A stretch of DNA of 64,000 bases from Octopus sinensis (GCF_006345805.1 NC_043003.1:3472001-3536000), one strand, 5' to 3'; positions 1 to 14,317 are shown, counted from the first letter of the stretch. The notes: a model not told the origin generated them from the sequence alone. Program-made: numbers and translations.

Positions 1-307
1 TCACATATGTTTGAGACTTGGGAATAAGATCAGAATTACATGGGTGAGAATTATTCCGGGGTGAGGTGCGGTGGAGGGGGGAAGTCATAGAGTTCCCCCA
101 TGTTACTTTCTAAATATACATTGACAGTGTTAAATATTTAAATCTGGCTTTTACAGATTTGCTGCCTATTACACAATTAAGGGATTAATTTTAATATGCT
201 AAGTAGTCAACTACACACATACACACACTCATACGCACACAGATACACACACACATGCACACACAAACACACTCTCACACACACACACTCTCATTCTCTC
301 TCTCTCA

Positions 308-318
308 CAGATTGATAA

Positions 319-387
<69 letters not shown>

Positions 388-415
388 CATAGAATGATAG
401 ATAGATAGATAGAGG
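308..415. repeat. (GATA)n microsatellite within a CA/GA-rich low-complexity tract (about 215-860)
   Basis: Direct reading of tandem agat units. Confidence 0.95.
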
Positions 416-1047
416 GATAAAGGGAGAGAGATGGGAGAGAGGGAAAGGGTGAAAGAGAAATAGGTACGTAGAAAGAATAAGATAGATAGGTAGAGAGAAC
501 TAGACATATAGGTAGAAAGAGTGAGACAGATAGACAGAGAGAGTGATTGGTTGAGGAGAGAGATAGAGAGAGAAGAGGAGAGGGAGGGGGAGAGCGAGGG
601 AGAGAGAGATAGAGGTAATTATTTATGCAAGTAAGTAGGTTGGTTGGGCGTTGGTTAGTTGATTGACAGGTAGATATGTAGGTTGGTAGATAAGAGGGTG
701 GGTTTGTAAATGTGAGGTAGGTAGGGAGGGAGGGAGAGAGGGAGAGAGGAAGGCAGGTCAATAAGTAGTTCGTAGGTAAGTATGGAGGGAGGGAAGTAGT
801 TAAGGAGGAATCTAGATACAGAGATATATAAACTAATGGTCTGGCCAGGAGAGAGAGAGAGGTGGGGGGGGTCATCATCATCATCATCGTCCTTTAATGT
901 CCTTGTTCCATGTTAACATGGGTTGAATGGTTTGATGGAAACTCTGCAGACCCAAGATTCGCATTGTGCTCCAGTGTCTGTTTGGCATAAAGGGAAGGAA
1001 GAACCAATAAAAGATTTGGCTGGTATTTCTAGCAGGTCAAGCTGATA

Positions 1048-1080
<33 letters not shown>

Positions 1081-1770
1081 TTAGCGTCCGCTTGCCATGC
1101 TAGCATGGGTTGGACGGTTCAACTGGGGTCTGTGAAGCCAGAAGGCTGCATCAGGCCCAGTCTGATCTGGCAGTGTTTCTACGGCTGGATGCCCTTCCTA
1201 ATGCCAACCACTCCGTGAGTGTAGTGGGTGCTTTTTACGTGTCACCGGCACGGAGGCCAGTCGGGGCAGCGCTGGCAACGGCCACGATTGGATGGTTCGC
1301 TTACTTGTCACCGGCACTGGTATCACAGCTGCAATTTCCATTGATGCTGATCGACTTCGATTTTGGTTCTGCTTTCTGATATCTGATTTGATTTGGTTTG
1401 ATTTTGATTTTGATTTTGATTTTCACTTGCCTCAACGGGTCTTCACAAGTGGAGTTTTGTGTCCCAAGAAGGACACATTGTGTAGAATTGATGGAGTTCA
1501 CCAGGACAGACTGAAACCCCAATCACCCCCCACCACACACACACACGACAGGCTTCTTTCAGTTTCCGTCTACCAAATCTCTTCACAAGGCTTTAGTTGA
1601 CTTGGGGCTATAGTAGAAGATACTTGCCTAAGGTGTCACACGGTGGGATTGAACCCAGAGACCGTATGTTTGGAAAGGAAGCTTCTTAACCACATAGTCA
1701 CACCTGTGCTTAATCAAATGGAAATTGTAGTTGACACCTGTGCCGGTAGAATGTTAAAAATACCATCCGA

Positions 1771-3128
1771 ACATTTATTTTTCTTCTTAATTTTAGTTAA
1801 TTTTTGTTTATTTTCAGATCTGTTGTGTCTGAAAGTCATTTTCCTTTTGTGCCTTATAATTTAACACACTCACTGGTAAAATTTCCATTTAGTGTGTTAA
1901 ATTATAAAGCACAAAAAGAAAATTACTCTCCCCAGACACAACAGAATATGCTTCAACACACAAACTCACATAAAGAATCTTGCAAACCAAATCCAAAATC
2001 GAAATATTTTCAGATCATTAAAATGGAATGTTAAGGAAAACGAACATTTTTGACACCTCCTTCTTTTTGCTTTTAATCAAGTTTCTAAGGCCACAAAAGC
2101 TGCTTGTGACATTTGTGCTGTGTATGGAGAGGGTGCCATAGCTGAAAGAACAACTCATGATTGGTATGCCAAGTTAAAAAATGGAAATTTTGACCTCAAA
2201 GACACACCTCGTTCTGGCTGTCCAGTTGAGTTCGATGAAGAGCGATTAAGACAACTTTTGCACGAAAAATTCTCGTCAAACGACAAGGGAACTGGCAGAG
2301 AAAATGGAATGCTCCCACACTGATATAGAGAAGCATCTTCACTCGATGGGAAAGGTTCAGAAGTAAGGAGCATGGGTTCCGCATGCTTTAAGTGACAACA
2401 ACAAACATCAACGAGCCACAATCTCCGCCGGTTTGCTTGCTCGTCACCGCTCAACTCATGACCACAAGCAACGATTTCTTTACTGAATCGTTACTGGCGA
2501 CGAAAAATGGTGCCTGAACATCAATAAGAAGCAGCGTAAGGAATGGCTTAGCCCCGGTAAACAAGCGACACCGCACATGAAACAAGATCTTCATCCGCGT
2601 GTGGTGGGACTGGGAAGGGATTTTCCATTACGAATTGCTTGAACAGAACCAAACGGTCAACGCGGAACTCTATGTTCAACAGATGGAACGACTCAACACG
2701 GCTATGCAAGAGAAAAGACCTAATCGGCAGCATGGAGTTCTGCTGCACGACAACGCCCGCTGCCCTCATATCGCCAATATTACCAAAGAAGCTATTCAGA
2801 CGCATGGCTGGGAAGTGCTGCCACACCTGCTGTACTCTCCTGATTTGGCACCAATGGATTTCCACCTCTTTCGATCTCTTTCAAATGCTATGTGCAGAGT
2901 TTCGTTCAGTACTGATGCAAAATTGATAGCTTGGTTGGATCAATTTTTCGAGTGGAAATCGGGTGATTTCTACCAACAAGGTATTGAAAATCTTGTTGAA
3001 CGTTAGGAAGAAGTTGTAAACAACAAGGGTGAATACATTATTGATTAATTAGTAGTTATTTTTTATTAAAGCTTTAAAAAAATTTTAATTAAAAAAAAAA
3101 CGGCGGGAACTTAGTTGCTAACCTAATA
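1771..3128 (+). mobile_element. Mariner (DD34D) transposon relic, transposase pseudogene 2023-3048, 5' TIR missing
   Basis: Motifs CAVYGEGA, WVPHAL, IVTGDEKW, LLHDNAR, YSPDLAPMDFHLF and GEYIID*, with several stops and frameshifts. The 3' TIR-like end cggcgggaacttagttgctaacctaa+TA lies at 3101-3128. Left boundary approximate. Confidence 0.9.
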
Positions 3129-4689
3129 TATCTGTAGAACTAAATCTGTGACCTCTCAATGTGGAGAAGGGGCAGGGCAATCTGAAGGGACACCCTATTG
3201 AGAAATATTATCCAGGCATCCCTCTGAGCAGGAACCCCATTTCAGCTGCTTGTACTGTTTTGGTCGTTACCCATTATTCATGACCAGAGGTGAAGAGAGA
3301 CATAAAAAACTAAATTGAAGAATATAACAACTTTGGGTTTTTTTTTAACCAATCTCTCATCTTCTTAGAATTGAACTCTAGAACTGGCAAATTAATGTGC
3401 CAGCACCTGCATTTCTGGCATCTGAAATAAACTCAAAAGTGAGGTTGGTCATAATTGGAATGTCTGATCCTGAATCTGTCCAGACAGCCTTGAAACAATA
3501 ACAACAACAACAGCAGCAACAACAACAGTTACAAGTACCAAAAGAAATTTTGTGCCAAATAGTATCCGGCTGGAATGGAACCAGGCTTCTTCCCAAATGG
3601 AATCTCATACATTTGTTTCATTTCTCTTCGATGTTTTGTGGAGATTCTGTGATTCAATGGATATAAAACGGTTTATTGACAAGATTAAATCTCGTAAATG
3701 TTAACTCATTGAGGAGAATGTGTGACATTATGTTCGGTCAACGTCTGTGAGTAAAGATTGTTGAAAAGGTCAAATGTAACAACAACAACATTAGAATGCA
3801 AGAAGGAAGTTGAAATTTATAAAAATTGTGTTTAGAATGAAAATAAATCTCTTTGTTAAAACGCTGTCAAGTCACATGACTGGAATGCAAACAAGTCACA
3901 TGATTAAAACAAAAGGCAAATAGTCTTAAATATTTCCATTCACATGAAGGTTGCTTTTACAAGAGTATTAAATGAACCCCAGTATTTAACTGGTACTATA
4001 TTTTACTGAAGGTGACAAGCTGGCAGAATCATTCATACATCTGACAAAATGTTTTGCCGCATTTCTTCTGGTTCATCATGTTCTGAGTTCAAACCCCACC
4101 AAAGCCAGTTTTGCTTTCCATCTCTTCGGGGTCGATAAAACAAAATACCAGTCAAATTCTGGGGTCATGTAATCAACTTGTCCCTTTCTCCTAAAACTGT
4201 TGATCTTTGATCCTGCAACAAACTGACATTCCATTCAAGGGAATCATCATCATCGTTTAACGTCCATTCTCCATGCTGGCATGGGTTGGACGGTTCGACC
4301 GGGGATCTGGGAAGCCAGAAGGCTGCACCAGGCTCCAGTCTTATCTGGCAATGTTTTTACAGTTGGATGCCCTTCCTAACGCCAACCACTCCGTGAGTGT
4401 AGTGGGTGCTTTTTATGTGCCACCCGCACAGGTGCCAGGTGAGGCTGGCAACGGCCACGGTTGGATTGGTGCATTTTACGTGCCACCGGCACAGAAGCCA
4501 GTCGAGGCGGCACTGGCTTCGGCCACGATTCGGATGGTGCTTTTTACGTGCCACCGGCACGGAAGCCAGTTGAGGCGGCGCTGGCATTGGCCACGATTTG
4601 GATAGTGCTTTTTACGTACCACTAGTCCAGGGGTCCTGGCATCTGCCGGGTGCCAGTCATAGGATTGGGTCAATATCGATTCCGATTTC

Positions 4690-6668
4690 TATATTATGTG
4701 ATATATATTATGTGATATATATTATGTCTCTATATTATGTGATATGTATTATGTCTCTATATTATGTGATATATATTATGTCTCTATATTATGTGATATA
4801 TATTATGTCTCTATATTATGTGATATATATTATGTCTCTATATTATGTGATATGTATTATGTCTCTATATTATGTGATATGTATTATGTCTCTATATTAT
4901 GTGATATGTATTATGTCTCTATATTATGTGATATATATTATGTCTCTATATTATGTCTCTATATTATGTGATATATATTATGTCTCTATATTATGTGATA
5001 TGTATTATGTCTCTATATTATGTGATATATATTATGTCTCTATATTATGTGATATGTATTATGTCTATATTATGTGATATATATTATGTCTCTATATTAT
5101 GTGATATATATTATGTCTCTATATTATGTGATATGTATTATGTCTCTATATTATGTGATATGTATTATGTCTCTATATTATGTGATATATATTATGTCTC
5201 TATATTATGTGATATGTATTATGTCTCTATTATGTGATATATATTATGTCTCTATATTATGTGATATGTATTATGTCTCTATATTATGTGATATATATTA
5301 TGTCTCTATATTATGTGATATATATTATGTCTCTATATTATGTGATATGTATTATGTCTCTATATTATGTGATATGTATTATGTCTCTATATTATGTGAT
5401 ATATATTATGTCTCTATATTATGTGATATGTATTATGTCTCTATATTATGTGATATATATTATGTCTCTATATTATGTGATATGTATTATGTCTATATTA
5501 TGTGATATATATTATGTCTCTATATTATGTGATATATATTATGTCTCTATATTATGTGATATGTATTATGTCTCTATATTATGTGATATGTATTATGTCT
5601 CTATATTATGTGATATATATTATGTCTCTATATTATGTGATATGTATTATGTCTCTATATTATGTGATATATATTATGTCTCTATATTATGTGATATGTA
5701 TTATGTCTCTATATTATGTGATATGTATTATGTCTCTATTATGTGATATGTATTATGTCTCTATATTATGTGATATATATTATGTCTCTATATTATGTGA
5801 TATATATTATGTCTATATATTATGTGATATATATTATGTCTCTATATTATGTGATATGTATTATGTCTCTATATTATGTGATATATATTATGTCTCTATA
5901 TTATGTGATATATTATGTCTCTATATTATGTGATATGTATTATGTCTATATTATGTGATATATATTATGTCTCTATATTATGTGATATATATTATGTCTC
6001 TATATTATGTGATATGTATTATGTCTCTATATTATGTGATATGTATTATGTCTCTATATTATGTGATATATATTATGTCTCTATATTATGTGATATGTAT
6101 TATGTCTCTATATTATGTGATATATATTATGTCTCTATATTATGTGATATGTATTATGTCTCTATATTATGTGATATGTATTATGTCTCTATATTATGTG
6201 ATATGTATTATGTCTCTATATTATGTGATATATATTATGTCTCTATATTATGTGATATATATTATGTCTCTATATTATGTGATATATATTATGTCTCTAT
6301 ATTATGTGATATGTATTATGTCTCTATATTATGTGATATATATTATGTCTCTATATTATGTGATATGTATTATGTCTCTATATTATGTGATATATATTAT
6401 GTCTCTATATTATGTGATATGTATTATGTCTCTATATTATGTGATATGTATTATGTCTCTATATTATGTGATATGTATTATGTCTCTATATTATGTGATA
6501 TATATTATGTCTCTATATTATGTGATATGTATTATGTCTCTATATTATGTGATATATATTATGTCTCTATATTATGTGATATGTATTATGTCTCTATATT
6601 ATGTGATATATATTATGTCTCTATATTATGTGATATATATTATGTCTCTATATTATGTGATATATATT
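4690..6668. repeat. 27-bp minisatellite (tatattatgtgatatRtattatgtctc), about 73 copies
   Basis: The unit is readable directly. The ORF track shows a 9-aa periodicity (CDI/MYYVSIL). Confidence 0.97.
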
Positions 6669-7074
6669 AAACATATGTTTGTATATGTGATACATACTGT
6701 ACATCACTGTCATCATCATCATCATCATCATCATCATCGTTTAACATCTACCTTCCATGCTGGCATGGGTGGGATGGTTTAAAAGGAGTTGGCCAGGCAG
6801 AAAAGCCTGCACCAGACTTCTGTAACTATTTCGACAGGATTTTTACAACTGGATGCCCTTCTGAATGCCAACCACTTCACAGTGTGGAGTGGGTGCTTCT
6901 AAGTGGCACCTGGTATAGGGGGTCTATACCTACAGCTGTTGAAAATGAATCAGTGGGTCTTAAGAGACAAACAAAAGCTTGCATAAAAGACCAAAAATCT
7001 TTTGAAGGAATGGTACCGGTTGTGCTTTTTGAAAAGGTTGAGTAAATTAGTCAATATTTTTCAGCATTTTACAC

Positions 7075-7992
7075 TTCCAATTTTAATATCAAAAGAAACA
7101 CAAGTATAATAATAATAATAACCAGAATCCTTGTTTGGTACTGGGTCAATCCCAAAATCTAATCAGCTTGTGCCGATCACGAGGCCAAACATTCCAGAAA
7201 GTTTTGGCCGAATCCATCCAGCAGTTCTTGAGAGATCTTGTCCACAGACAAACAAACATTTTTGGGTGAGAAACTAAAGGTATAACAGCACATCAGTAAG
7301 ACAGACATCACTCTTGGCACCGACTGAAGAACCCATCCTGCTGCCTGTGGAACTCCAACTGGATTGGCATTGGATCTCACTTGGTTATCAGCAGACAACA
7401 GATGTTCACAAGCACAGATCATTCTAAAAAGTTGTCTCAAAGAAAACAAGTAATTCTTACTTGCTAATTACTACACTACTTTGTCTTTCTTCCTGGTGCT
7501 CAGCTGAAGATCAAAATCTGAAAGGTTAGCCTCATAAGTGCAGGAATGAAATTTGCTTAAGGGGCGCTTAAGGCCCAAAATATTTTACAAATAAGGTCAA
7601 TTCTTCCAATTTTAATATCAAAAGAAACACAAGTATAATAATAATGATAATCATCATCATCATCGTCATCATCATCGTTTAGCGTCCGTTTTCCATGCTA
7701 GCATGGGTTGGACGGTTCAACTGGGGTCTGTGAAGCTGGAAGGCTTCATCAGGCCTAGTCAGATCTGGCAGTGTTTCTACGGCTGGATGCCCTTCCAATA
7801 ATAATAACCAGAATCCTTGTTTGGTACTGGGTCAATCCCAAAATCTAATCAGCTTGTGCCGATCACGAGGCCAAACATTCCAGAAAGTTTTGGCCAAATC
7901 CATCCAGCAGTTCTTGAGAGATCTTGTCCACAGACAAACAAACAAACACAACTGAAAACAATACCTCCGCCTTCGCTAAGGCGGAGGTAATA
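7075..7992 (+). mobile_element. Two copies of a non-autonomous Helitron/Helentron-like element; the second has a terminal hairpin and is interrupted by a LINE 3' fragment
   Basis: 7075-7258 is repeated at 7605-7945 around an insertion at about 7651-7796. It ends in the 12-bp stem tacctccgcctt-cgct-aaggcggaggta (7962-7989). Family assignment is inferred from the hairpin and microsatellite layout. Confidence 0.55.
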
Positions 7993-8884
7993 ATTATTAC
8001 AATATTTGTACATTAATCAAATCAGATAAATCCAATAATGGAAAAGTAATGTTTCAAATCAGTTCAAATATGTTTCTATACTTGTCCATTTTAGCGATGA
8101 AGTTTTTCAGAAGGATGCTCAAAGAGTTTCTATTGCCCCCACCAAAATTTGGTTCCTGAGTGTATGGTTAGTTTGTACAGTCCACATCACAACAGAACTT
8201 GGCAAACTATCAACCAAACTCTTCACTGGACTTTTAGTTAACATGTCCTACGTCTCTGCTAATAATATATTTTAATTCTTATTTACATAACTGTAATTTG
8301 ATGGGGGCCCTGAGGGTGAATGGAAACCATATTGCATATTATAGGTGTCAGCCAGCTCAGCGAACCAAAATAGAAAGGTTTAAGATGTATTTAACCCAAA
8401 AGCCATCCTTGTTAGATATTAAATAATTAAATCACTCCATAATCAGATGATTTAAAAAAATCCTTTTTAAGATGTGGCATGTGAACTATTTATTTCATAC
8501 ACCCACCCTCACAACATGTCTTTTGTCTGTATCTGAGTGGAGAAGTTAAATGAATAAAAACATTTAAAATGACAAGGCAGCCTCTGAACCAAGCAAACTC
8601 AGGGCTGAGAAAAGTAGAAAGAAAACAATTTCACACAGGATCCCATTTGTAATATAACTTGTTTATCATGTGAGTGCAGTGTGGAGCAGAAATGGCATTC
8701 ATTGTGGAAAATTAACCTAAATCAAACAAAAGCTGATCTAAAGCCGTTGTTTGTCATATTCTAATCCTTTCATTTCAATACATGCTTCAACGGACTGCTT
8801 TCTGGACTTTTTGTTTTGTCTGATGAACAATTATTTTAAATTAAAGCTTTGTAAACTTATGTGGGCTTATTATATTATTTTACA

Positions 8885-8929
<45 letters not shown>

Positions 8930-9053
8930 GCACATACAGGGATACACAGACTTAAACACATGTACACCATCAGCCGTAGAAGTATTCGCCCACGTATACC
9001 ACCTTTGGTTGATCGTGTGTGTAGTCCTTACGACCTTACATAGGCATGCTACA

Positions 9054-9495
9054 CAGTCATACAATTACACACATTCACTAGTCATACACCATCACACACA
9101 CTCACTACAGTCATACAACAGCTATATAGCCATACACCATCATATACACTCACTACAGTCATACAACAGCTATATAGTCATACACCATCATATACACTCA
9201 CTACAGTCATACAACAGCTATATAGCCATACACCATCATATACACTCACTACAGTCATACAACAGCTATATAGCCATACACCATCATATACACTCACTAC
9301 AGTCATACAACAGCTATATAGCCATACACCATCATATACACTCACTACAGTCATACAACAGCTATATAGCCATACACCATCATATACACTCACTACAGTC
9401 ATACAACAGCTATATAGTCATACACCATCACACACACTCACTACAGTCATACAACAGCTATATAGTCATACACCATCATATACACTCACTACACA
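9054..9495. repeat. 48-bp minisatellite (cagtcatacaacagctatatagYcatacaccatcaYaYacactcacta), about 9 copies
   Basis: Direct reading; 16-aa periodicity HHHIHSLQSYNSYIAI in the ORF track. Confidence 0.95.
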
Positions 9496-9933
9496 GTTAC
9501 AGACACTCACTTCACACATACTTATACACACTTACCAGTACCATACATTCACAGTCCATTCCCAGCCATAGCGATTATGGGTTGACCTGATCTGATTATA
9601 AATATTTTCCAATAACTTATTTAATCTCCTCACTTCTAAATATTATCGGTGGCTATTCTCTAGCTACCTGTAGTCAGTGGTACTTATAGATACGGTACCT
9701 TTTGCTATGTACCCTTAGCATGAGTACCTGTTGTTAATGGTACTTATTGACCTAGGTACTTAGGTTTCTGATATCTCTGTTAGAGAATCTTCTGGTATTG
9801 ATTATTTCTAGTTAAATCATCCATTCTGTGATTACTCACAAAATTTGCAGCGTGAATATATTAAAGGATTGGATTTCTTTAATCCATCTAGCATGGATTA
9901 GACAGACATGAAAGAACACACACACACACATGC

Positions 9934-9967
<34 letters not shown>

Positions 9968-10082
9968 ATATATATCATCATCATCATTTAGCGTCCGTTT
10001 TCCATGCTAGCATGGGTTGGACGGTTCAACTGGGGTCTGGGGAGCCCGAAGGCTGCACCAGGCCAGTCAGATCTGGCAGTGT

Positions 10083-10117
<35 letters not shown>

Positions 10118-10517
10118 GCATATATATATATATGCATATACACATACATATATGTACATACCTACATATATATGTATATATACAAGCATATATACGTAAT
10201 ATATACATGCATATATGGGTACAGGGCATAAAAAAAACATTAGCAAAATGAAAAACAAGAACATAAAAAAACAAAAACATGGAAGACAAACTTTTTTTTC
10301 AAACAAGGAAAGAAACAAACAGAGAAATGAGGCAGGCAACATAAAGGACAATCCCTTCATCAGTTGTCCCCTGTTCTATCTACTCCAGTTGTCCCCTGTT
10401 TTATCTACTCCACGCTTTGCATCCTGTACCCATATATGCATGTATATATACTTATATATGTATGTATATATGTATATATCTATATATGCATATATATATA
10501 TTGTTGATTATTTTGAT

Positions 10518-10550
<33 letters not shown>

Positions 10551-10574
10551 ATAAATATATTTGTTATCGAGGCA

Positions 10575-11215
10575 TCATCCAGTCAGGCTGATTGCCCGGG
10601 ACAGCCTGACTGCCTCTCTCCATCCCTCCCGATCTTCCATTAGTGCTTTTAGATCTTCAACTTGGCATCCAGCATCTTCTGCAAGCTGTTGTACATGGAT
10701 CCTCCGTGGTCTTCCAGCTGCTGTGGTGCCATGATTTGGTGTCCACAGCAACATACTACTCACAAGTTCTTCTTTACTTCTCCAGCAAACCCCAATCTCT
10801 GCTCTCATTGATGAGAAAGTTGGGACATTCCCATATAACCATTCTTCTGTTGGCTGCTCCCTCCAAGAGACGTTGAGCACTTCATGTCACATTCTGGTGT
10901 AGGCACCATTCAGCATGCACCTGAGTTTCTTGGTGAGAGTCCAAGTCGGAGATCCATAGACAAGCACAGATTCAACAACTGCTCTGAAGAACTGTCTCAT
11001 CAATTTATCCGGCAGCGTTGACTTCCATATTGTCCTAAGACTGTCCAAAGCTACCCAAGCCTTAGCAATGTGAGATTTAATATCTTTCTCAGTGGACACA
11101 GTATTGCTGCCTCGGTAAGTAACCTCGTTGCTATATTTCAAGGGCTTCTGTTCGATGGCCCCGATTTCCCCTGTTGTGTTCAGGGAGGTAAACTCTGTTT
11201 TCTTTTCATTCACCA
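10575..11215 (-). mobile_element. RTE-clade LINE, degenerate RT C-terminal fragment
   Basis: VNEKKTE...TYRGS...DIKSHIAKAW...ESVLVYGSPTWTLT...MLNVSW...GRPRR...LMEDREGWR, typical of RTE ORF C-termini; frameshifted. Confidence 0.85.
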
Positions 11216-11653
11216 TGGCTACCCGCATGGTTCTTGGTCTCAAGAATTTGTCTTATGAAGAAAGGCTGAAGACGCTCGACCTTTATTCTCCAGAAAAATG
11301 ACGATGCCGTGGTGATCTCATTCTTGCTCACAACATCATAAGCAGAAAGTGTAACCTCTCGAAAGAGCTGTTCTTCACTCCTGCTCCAGAGCGTCGGCTG
11401 CGGGGTCATTCCAAAAAGCTCTATCTGCGATGATTTCATCTCAATCGAAGGAGAGGGGTTTTCTCCATCCAGGTTGCGGATCCATGGAATAAGCTGCCGG
11501 ACAAGATGGTGAAGATGCCAACTACCGCTCAGTTCAAAGCCTCCCTTGACCTCAAGTGGCCTGAACTCTTTACATGAACACCACCCTGTACATAACTCCA
11601 TGTCCCCCTACATGGCCTTGCTTTTTGCTTTTTGAGCTAAAAAATTAACTAAC
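11216..11653 (+). mobile_element. CR1-clade LINE 3' end
   Basis: ATRMVLGLKNLSYEERLKTLDLYS...RGDLI...LRGHSKKL...WNKLP...FKASLD with internal stops, followed by a short 3' UTR and a (TAAC)n tail. Confidence 0.88.
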
Positions 11654-12299
11654 ATATAGTCCTATGTTAGCAGCAGCATTTATATGTATGTATGTGTGGA
11701 GATGGAGAGAGAGAGAGAAATATGGGTCCGTTAAATTCCGTACAGCATAAACTCACGATTAATTAAAATTATCTCTGCCTTTAGAGGGTGTGTAGTAATT
11801 ATCCAATGCCAATTAAGACCAACACTGCTCGAGAAAGAAAGCTAATCTCAAGACTCAAGAACTCTCCAGAGTTGAGATGCCATCAAGGAAAAGGACCAGC
11901 TTATCGTCTGGAGATAAGAGGACATTCGTGAACATGTTTCTACCTCAATAGCCATCATCAGCCCAACGCCTGTCCAACCCTCACTTCCAGCAGCCAAACG
12001 ACTTACACCGACATGGAATGAGTAGAACCCATTATTTATGGCTTTGGTAATTTGCATAATGTAAGCAAAAATGAGCAAAGGGAAATAACTCAGAGTGGAC
12101 AGTGACAAGTATCGGTACAATATGTGTGTGTGTGTAGTTTCACAAAGGAGAGAAAGAGTGCTCAATTCATGTTGTAGAGTAAATACATTTTTGTACAAAA
12201 GTCATGATTTGTTGTGTTTCTGCTTAAAGTTTCTTCTCTTGAAGTCGAGTTGAGAAACTGTGAATGGCAAGGCAATGACTGACCAGCTTCATACACACA

Positions 12300-13185
12300 T
12301 GCATCATCATCACCATCATCATCATCATCATACGTGCACATATATCATCTTTATCAGCACTACCACAACAACCACTACCACCACCATCACCACCACAACA
12401 ACCACCATCACCATCACCATCACCATCACCACCACTACCACCACCACCACCACCACCACCATCACACCACCACCACCACCTCCACAACTACTTCCACCAC
12501 CACCACCACAACAACAAAAACCACCATCACCATCACCACCACTACCACCACCACCACCACCACCATAACAACAACCACCATCACCATCACCACCACTACC
12601 ACCACCACCACCACCACCATCACCACCACAACAACCACCATCACCATCACCATCACCACCACTACCACCACCACCACCATCACCACCACCACCACAACAA
12701 CCACCATCACCATCACCATCACCACCACTACCACCACCACCACCACCACAACAACCACCATCACCACCACTACCACCACCACCATCACCATCACCACCAC
12801 AACAATCACCACCACTACCACCACCACCACCACCACCACCACCACCACCACCACCACCACAACAACACCACCATCACCATCACCACCACCACCACAACAA
12901 CAACCACCATCACCACCACCACCACCACCACCACCACCACAACAACAACCACCATCACCATCACCACCACTACCACCACCACCACCACAACAACCACCAT
13001 CACCACCACCACCATCACAACAACCACCATCACCACCACTACCACCACCACCACCACCACTACCACCACAACAACCACCATCACCACCACCACCACCACA
13101 ACAACAACCACCACCACCACAACCACCACCACCACCACCACAACAACAACAACAACAACCACCACCACCACCATCATCATCACAT
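12300..13185. repeat. Long cryptic (CAC/CAT/CAA)n trinucleotide tract
   Basis: Direct reading; it produces the spurious poly-T, poly-P and poly-V ORFs. Confidence 0.95.
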
Positions 13186-14214
13186 CAACATTGTACCTCC
13201 CGTTGGGTTGCAGAGAACTTGCAGCACTTAGAGGCACGCAGAAGATGTAAGACAGATGGGAGAAATCTCGGGCTGAGTGCCTCCCACCATGTGGCCCGTG
13301 GCCCGTGTCCCCTGTTAAAGTGTCGCAACATCAGTCGAGGTCTTTTTTGATTCCTGGTGAGTGGAATTTCTTGGAGCTGCAAATGGTGGACCTCTCATTA
13401 ACGACAGTCAAGGTGCCACACATCTCCATGTGTACAGAAGAGGCTGTATAAGGCAGGAGCAGTTGTGATTGTCTGATTCCCTGTAAAGATGTGTCCCCTC
13501 TAGGGATGTGTCCCTTCCAGGGATGTGTTCCCTATAGGGACGTGTTGCCTTTCTGAGGTTCCCTATGGTTGAAGCCATTGTCTCCATCATTTACCAGGGG
13601 ACAGACACAATATCCTCAGGAATTTTTCTCTTCTGTTTTTCTTTCTTTCTCTCTTTATTTCTTTTCTTTTTTTTATCTCTTTATTTCTTTATCGATTTAT
13701 TTATTTTACTTGTGTGTTTGTTTTCAGGGTTACTCGCTGGGTCATCGTCAAGCTTGCATGGATCACCTGTCACAGGTACACAAGCACGAGCTAATTATTT
13801 AATCAAGGGCATTTTATTATGAATGAGCTAGACTGCTCTGGCCAAGTGAGATTATGAATGAAAGAGTAATTTTGGGAAGAATTGATTGATAAATCCACGA
13901 AGCAAGAAGAAAATAGCAAGAAAAGCTGTGAAGAGTGAGAATGTTAGGCGAGAAATTGATTTGTTTGATGGTAGAAACCATTCACTGACGTGAGAGAGTC
14001 AGCTGTGGTATTGTGAGCGGAGGAGGAGGAGGAGGAGCAGAACACTGAGCCACTCTCCCTCTCACTCTCTCTCTCTATCTCTCTCTCTCACAACCTCCTC
14101 CTCCCACTCTCCCTCCTCCTCCTCCTCCCACTCTCCATCCTCCTCCTACCCCACAACAGTGTGTCACTGTGTTAAATGCAGGAAACAGACTGAGTTCAGT
14201 CTACACTGGCAAAG

Positions 14215-14271
14215 AATACGCACACACGTACATGCACACAGACACACACACACACATATACACATGCGCGC

Positions 14272-14317
<46 letters not shown>

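Noticed and set aside
3539-3608. Possible minus-strand first exon MRFHLGRSLVPFQPDTIWHKISF
   Set aside because: Weak donor (gtactt), no recognisable homology, and its phase differs from the other candidate exons.
4598-6782. Long ORFs up to 275 aa (CDIYYVSIL or YYVIYIMSL repeats)
   Set aside because: They are translations of a stop-free 27-bp minisatellite, with frames broken by unit-length variants and no splice or start context.
8751-9590. 279-aa His-rich ORF
   Set aside because: It runs through a (CA)n tract and a 48-bp minisatellite, with no support as an exon.
12260-13350. 338-aa His/Thr/Pro-rich mucin- or extensin-like ORF
   Set aside because: It comes from a (CAC)n-type trinucleotide tract that is open in most frames on both strands.
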